Shown piece by piece: positions 59,506-64,000 of a DNA stretch of 64,000 nucleotides. Position numbers and translations under genes: made by a program. Numbering within the stretch: the first letter of the stretch is position 1; the number at the start of each line of letters is the position of its first letter. The notes beneath the pieces were generated by a model, which saw only the letters and a program-made list of their open reading frames with translations, did not search any database and was not told the origin of the DNA. This DNA comes from a virus. The DNA lies in IMG/VR virus record IMGVR_UViG_3300033150_001569, positions 32,001 to 96,000 of that record. One strand, given 5' to 3'.

Positions 59506-60276
59506 ATGATTGAACATGGAATTCAACAAGAGTTTAAACCTCTTTTAAATATATCTAATTCATTATTATCATTAATTCAAAATAATGGTACTAATCCTAA
59601 AATTAGAGTAAGAGCAATTCAATTATTCAGTAAAATTACAACTGATGACCATAAAAATTTTTGGTTAAATATAATTGATAGTTCTAATAATGAAAAGATT
59701 CAATTTCATTCAGTTCAAGCACTTAAAAAAATAAAATCTATTACAAATAAAGATATAATTCCATTATTAAATAATTTTTCTTCTTTACCAATAAAAAAAG
59801 CTTTATTTCAAATTTTAATAAATATTTATAAATTAAATAATAAAGATGATTTTTTATTTAATTATTTTCGCAAAGAAATGTATGAAATTCCTAATGAAAC
59901 TCCTGAAATTATAGAATATAAATCAGAATTAATCAGAAGTTTTATTGAATTAAAAGATATCAAAGTTATAAATTGTCTTTTTGAATTAATGTCTAAAGAT
60001 AATTATAAATTTTATAATTATCAAGTTAATGCTTTAAAAATTTTTGAAAATTTTATTCATCCTTATTCACTTCAAAAATTATGTGAAGTTTATCAAATTG
60101 CTAAAGATGATAAATTGAGGGAACTAGTTTTAATATCTTTGAATAATATGTATGACAAAGTTTATGAGAGAAAAAAGAAATTTGAAGAAGAAATTATAAA
60201 AAGAAAAACTTTAGAAAATGTAATTAAAAATCAAATGAAAAATAAACTTCCCTTTAATGATATAAAAAATAATTAA
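59506..60276 (+). CDS. HEAT/ARM-repeat-like helical protein
   Basis: NPKIRVRAIQLF, IQFHSVQALKKI and LRELVLISL repeats. Confidence 0.6.
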   Translation: MIEHGIQQEFKPLLNISNSLLSLIQNNGTNPKIRVRAIQLFSKITTDDHKNFWLNIIDSSNNEKIQFHSVQALKKIKSITNKDIIPLLNNFSSLPIKKALFQILINIYKLNNKDDFLFNYFRKEMYEIPNETPEIIEYKSELIRSFIELKDIKVINCLFELMSKDNYKFYNYQVNALKIFENFIHPYSLQKLCEVYQIAKDDKLRELVLISLNNMYDKVYERKKKFEEEIIKRKTLENVIKNQMKNKLPFNDIKNN

Positions 60277-60300
60277 TAATATATTAATGAGGAGACAATA

Positions 60301-63300
60301 ATGGGCGCAAGCACAGCTAATATATCACGAAATATGTATAACGAGGCCGAAAGATACATAATGAATTTAGTACAGCAGGGCGTACCTTGGGTAGATGCAG
60401 ATGATAATAGTCAATCACAAGGTTTCGTTAATCAAATTCAAAGATTAATTCAAAATACTTTTGGAAATGGAGCACCAGAAGGTAATGATGGTTTTAAAAT
60501 AGAAGGTGATGGATCTTCAAATGATTTTACTGTTAAAGGTGGTGATGGAACGAATGAAGGTAGTGGTAGATTCTGGTGTGGTGGATATCCTGCAATGCTT
60601 TTATCAGATGTTGATTTTTTAGGTGCTATTGATTCACTTGCTGGAAAAGGTGCTGATGAAATTACACATGTTAGTACAGGATTAACAGAAACAGTTTTAA
60701 CTGATAGTGCTGCTAATTTTACTTTAGATGCTGATGGTTCAACAAATGCTAATAATCTTGCTGGTAGAATTTTAGTTCCTGATATTTCTCAACCTGCAAA
60801 AACATATACTATTGTATCTAATACCAAAACTACTATTACTATTTCAGGAACTATGTTGACAGATGGTATTCAAGCAGGTTCTAATTATCAAATTAAAATG
60901 TCAACTCCTAGTGGTTCTGATAGAAGTGATTATGTTTTTTTAGATGTTTATTTAGATGAAATTGGTGCTGATGAAGATCCTAATTTATATCATACATTAG
61001 GAAGTAATATCGAAGCTCAAGTAAGATTAAAACTTATTCAAAATATTATAGTTGATCAAGGTCAACTTGCTACTACTGATTTTAGAGGTAGTGGAACTGA
61101 TTGGAAAGAAAATGGTGGTACTTGGGTAGATGCTGATGGACGTAGACATTATACTCAGTTATTAGCAGAAATAGAAAGATATAATGCTCAAGACGCTATT
61201 AATGCAGTTGATGTTGTTGATAAAGGAAATCGTGAATGGGGTCAAACAGGAGCAGGTGGAGGAACAGATTTTGTAGCTAAATATGTCAGTAATGATCAAT
61301 ATAGAATTCTTAAAACAAAAGGTCGTTTAGTAAGATTAAATAATAAATATTATAGTCTTGCTGCTGATTTATATATTAATTTTGATAAATCTGTAGATAC
61401 TACTTGGTATATTTGTTTTGATACAACTAAAGCAGAAGGTGCAGTTGATGCAACATATTTTACAGAAACAAGATTAGATCCAACTAGTCCTACGTTTCCT
61501 CAAAGTTTAGTTCCTCTTGGAAAATATATTGTTAGTGGAGGAAATGTTACTAGTTCTAATTTTACTGAAATTTCAACTAGAGAATCTAATATAATACTTG
61601 GTGATTTAATTCCTTCTTATAATAGCTCAACTCAATATAGAGTACAAAATACTGATGGAAAGAAAATAAGATTAAATAATAAATATTTTAAATTAACCAA
61701 TGATTTATTAGTTAATTTTGATGTCTCTAGTGATGGTACTTGGTATATTTGTATTGATACTAGAAAAACTGAAGGTGAAATGGATGCAACTTATTTTCTT
61801 GAAACTCAAACTTCTCCAACCAATGCTAATTTTAATCCTGAATTTGTAGTTATTGGTGAATATGTTGTAGCAACTGGAGCAGTAACACAAGCAAATTTTG
61901 TAGCATATAGTGATAGAGAAATGCTTCCTAAATCTGGATTAAATGATCTTATTCCTAATTATAAAGATGCAACTTATTATACAGTACAATCAAGTAAAAA
62001 TAAAAAAGTAAATATTAATAATAAATTCTTTTATCTTGCAAGTAACTTAGATGTTACTTTTGATACAAGTTCAGATGGACAATGGTATATTTATTTTGAT
62101 TCTAGTCAAGCAGAAGGTGCTATTGGAAGTTCTCATTTTGTAGAAAGTCAAACTGTTCCTAATTCAAGTGGATTAAATCCTTATTGGTTTGTAATAGGTG
62201 AATATCAAGTAAGTGGTAGTACAGTTGTTGAAAGTTCTTTTAATGGATATTCATTAAGACAAATGATAAGTTGGGTTTATGGAATAAGTAATATCAAAAA
62301 AGCTTCTGAAACAAAAACTTCTGCTGGAACTTATTCATTATCTCATGGATTTAATGCTACTCCTGAAAATGTAACTTATAGATATTGGGATGATAGTGAA
62401 AATAAATTTTATAATTATGCAAGAACAGATATTGAAAATTATTATAGTAATACAATAATTAATTACACAATTCCAGGAGATTTTACATTTGATAGTGGAG
62501 ATTATTTTGAAGTTATTGCTGAATATTATCATTCTGAAGGAAGTGGTTTTGCAAGTCCAAAAATTTCTGATGAAACAGATTGGTATTCAAGTACTCCAGG
62601 AACAACTATTAGTCATAGTTTAACTTTAAGACCTAAAGCAATCACTTTAGAATTTTATGATGTTTCTAATAATATTTACTGGTTAGAAGATGGTAAACAA
62701 TTTGTAAATAAATCAAGTGGAGGTATTGAAGCTACTCAAGTTACTTTTGATTGGACAGGTCTTTCTTCAATTGCAATATTAAGTGCTAATATGAAAATGA
62801 AAATTCACTTTGATTTAAGTGAAGTTAGTGCTGGTGCTTTTGCTGCAAGTAAAACAGAAAGAGGAACAGTTAAAGTATTAGGTGATGCTAATACAGTTGA
62901 AAGTCCTGATTTAATTTTAGATTCAAGTGATGCAGCTACTTTTGCAACTCAAATAAATGCTTTAGCTGACAATAGTTTTGTTTATATAAAAGAAAGTATT
63001 ACTTTAACTGCATTACAATCTATTAGTAAAGAAGTAAGAATATTTGCTGCAAAGGGAGCTAAATTAATTTGTGCTACAAGTTTAACAACTTTATTAAAAT
63101 TTACAGCAATGCCTTGGATTCAAAGACTTGAAATTGAAACACAAGAAGATATTACAAATGCAATTGAATTTGATGCTAATGGAATTGCTGATAGTTTAGA
63201 ATTTTATCAAAATGCAAGTGGAAAAACTTTAACTAACACTGTTAAAGTAAATACTGGATATAAAATAAATGTAAGAGGAATTGCAATTGCTGAAGCAGGA

Positions 63301-63360
63301 AGTATTACTAATTTAGATGGTTCGGATGCTGATGGAAATTCTGTAATATTAATTAATTAA
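60301..63360 (+). CDS. tail fibre/baseplate protein with DUF6519-like N-terminus and three internal repeats
   Basis: ISRNMY..RY....QQGVPWVDADDN, VFLDVY; three repeats of about 113 aa starting near 61267, 61603 and 61945. Confidence 0.7.
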   Translation: MGASTANISRNMYNEAERYIMNLVQQGVPWVDADDNSQSQGFVNQIQRLIQNTFGNGAPEGNDGFKIEGDGSSNDFTVKGGDGTNEGSGRFWCGGYPAMLLSDVDFLGAIDSLAGKGADEITHVSTGLTETVLTDSAANFTLDADGSTNANNLAGRILVPDISQPAKTYTIVSNTKTTITISGTMLTDGIQAGSNYQIKMSTPSGSDRSDYVFLDVYLDEIGADEDPNLYHTLGSNIEAQVRLKLIQNIIVDQGQLATTDFRGSGTDWKENGGTWVDADGRRHYTQLLAEIERYNAQDAINAVDVVDKGNREWGQTGAGGGTDFVAKYVSNDQYRILKTKGRLVRLNNKYYSLAADLYINFDKSVDTTWYICFDTTKAEGAVDATYFTETRLDPTSPTFPQSLVPLGKYIVSGGNVTSSNFTEISTRESNIILGDLIPSYNSSTQYRVQNTDGKKIRLNNKYFKLTNDLLVNFDVSSDGTWYICIDTRKTEGEMDATYFLETQTSPTNANFNPEFVVIGEYVVATGAVTQANFVAYSDREMLPKSGLNDLIPNYKDATYYTVQSSKNKKVNINNKFFYLASNLDVTFDTSSDGQWYIYFDSSQAEGAIGSSHFVESQTVPNSSGLNPYWFVIGEYQVSGSTVVESSFNGYSLRQMISWVYGISNIKKASETKTSAGTYSLSHGFNATPENVTYRYWDDSENKFYNYARTDIENYYSNTIINYTIPGDFTFDSGDYFEVIAEYYHSEGSGFASPKISDETDWYSSTPGTTISHSLTLRPKAITLEFYDVSNNIYWLEDGKQFVNKSSGGIEATQVTFDWTGLSSIAILSANMKMKIHFDLSEVSAGAFAASKTERGTVKVLGDANTVESPDLILDSSDAATFATQINALADNSFVYIKESITLTALQSISKEVRIFAAKGAKLICATSLTTLLKFTAMPWIQRLEIETQEDITNAIEFDANGIADSLEFYQNASGKTLTNTVKVNTGYKINVRGIAIAEAGSITNLDGSDADGNSVILIN

Positions 63361-63374
63361 TTCGGAGATATAAT

Positions 63375-63876
63375 ATGAAAACGTTAAAATGGTTAACATT
63401 AATAATAATATTAATATCATTTGATATTTATGCTGTAAAACTTCCTGATATTAAAACTGAAAAATTAAATGGCGTAGAATTAGTACAAACAAACCAATAT
63501 CTAACAGAAAATGATTTTCCAGATAGCGCTAATCATAATGGTAATCTTTTTGGATGGCGCGCAGGAACTAATGAAGGTGATAATTTTGTAACAGTTTATG
63601 GCGGACAAGATTTAACAGAGGAAGGAAGCACGTCATTAACTACTGGAACAGACCAGTTAGGAAATACAACTGCTCATGTTTTTGATGGGACTAATGATTG
63701 GTTAAGTAATTCAGGACACAACAGATTTAGAAGCTGTTTATAGTTATCCAAAAATCATACACTTAGAAAAGAAATCATTTGTAGATGTTAAAGCTTATAT
63801 TGGTGTTATTGGTGGTACAGTAACTTCTAGAGATTTACATGATGGATTTTTTATTGCTACAAAAATATCTGATTAA
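63375..63876 (+). pseudogene. signal-peptide protein with LamG-like start, apparently deleted or frameshifted near 63718
   Basis: MKTLKWLTLIIILISFDIYA..AHVFDGTNDW stops at 63743; the +1 frame continues without a start as TTDLEAVYSYP..FFIATKISD to 63876. Confidence 0.55.
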
Positions 63877-63888
63877 TTGGAGGATAGA

Positions 63889-64000
63889 ATGAAACAAATT
63901 ATACAATTATTTTTAATATTACTAATGATAGCAAATATAGTTAACGCAAGAGATGTAGTTAGATATAGTCAAGATGAAAATAGTAATTATATTATTAAAA
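63889..64000 (+). CDS. signal-peptide protein, truncated by the window end
   Basis: GGAGG SD; MKQIIQLFLILLMIANIVNA-RDVV. Confidence 0.65.
   Translation, partial: MKQIIQLFLILLMIANIVNARDVVRYSQDENSNYIIK

Noticed and set aside
59339-59509. Lys-rich TTG-start ORF before the HEAT-like gene
   Set aside because: No SD, low complexity and no recognisable motif; possible but unsupported.
1761-62532. All short minus-strand ORFs and nested plus-strand ORFs in the track
   Set aside because: They overlap well-supported plus-strand genes, lack SD sequences or motifs, and have antisense-type composition.
30665-63360. Stand-alone tailocin/eCIS locus
   Set aside because: Terminase, portal, protease, capsid and tape measure genes are present, so this is a phage.
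1-64000. Stop-codon reassignment (TAG/TGA recoding)
   Set aside because: Long structural genes are intact in the standard code; the breaks seen are frame changes, not in-frame stops.
1-64000. tRNA, rRNA or group I/II introns
   Set aside because: No cloverleaf or structured GC-rich intergenic segment was seen. The 11446-11759 gap is nuclease coding remnant, with no intron core that I can recognise.

Overview
This 64-kb window is very AT-rich (roughly 20-25% GC by eye), and essentially all genes are on the + strand. It holds the virion morphogenesis region of a large contractile-tailed (myovirus-like) phage. The order is: accessory genes (HNH nuclease, HldE/RfaE-like heptose kinase, phosphoesterases, secreted lytic transglycosylase, dTMP kinase); TerS-like gene; intein-containing TerL; MuF/gp7 head morphogenesis gene; portal; acidic scaffold-like protein; AAA+ ATPase; double-domain prohead protease; major capsid protein; neck genes; fibre-like proteins; sheath; two tubes; frameshifting chaperone; tape measure; and a baseplate/fibre module resembling those of contractile injection systems. 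The strongest unusual signal is the MuF gene, which is broken into two ORFs at an intein. The N-intein half, a decayed PD-(D/E)xK nuclease and an independently started C-intein half are followed by a second, cis LAGLIDADG intein, so the mature protein appears to need both trans- and cis-splicing. Other signals: a recurrent palindromic late-promoter-like motif (CTATT-N4-AATAG plus a -10-like hexamer); non-AUG starts (ATT, probably ATC, TTG) on low-copy virion genes; fibre-like proteins with Sec signal peptides; host-type RNA-binding genes (CSP, KhpA, an RG-rich peptide) among structural genes; an AAA+ ATPase that may be head cargo; a 1642-aa baseplate protein with hierarchical acidic repeats; and several poly-A frameshifts that may be sequencing artefacts. 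I saw no tRNA, rRNA or CRISPR array. All family assignments come from recognising motifs by eye; no database search was run.
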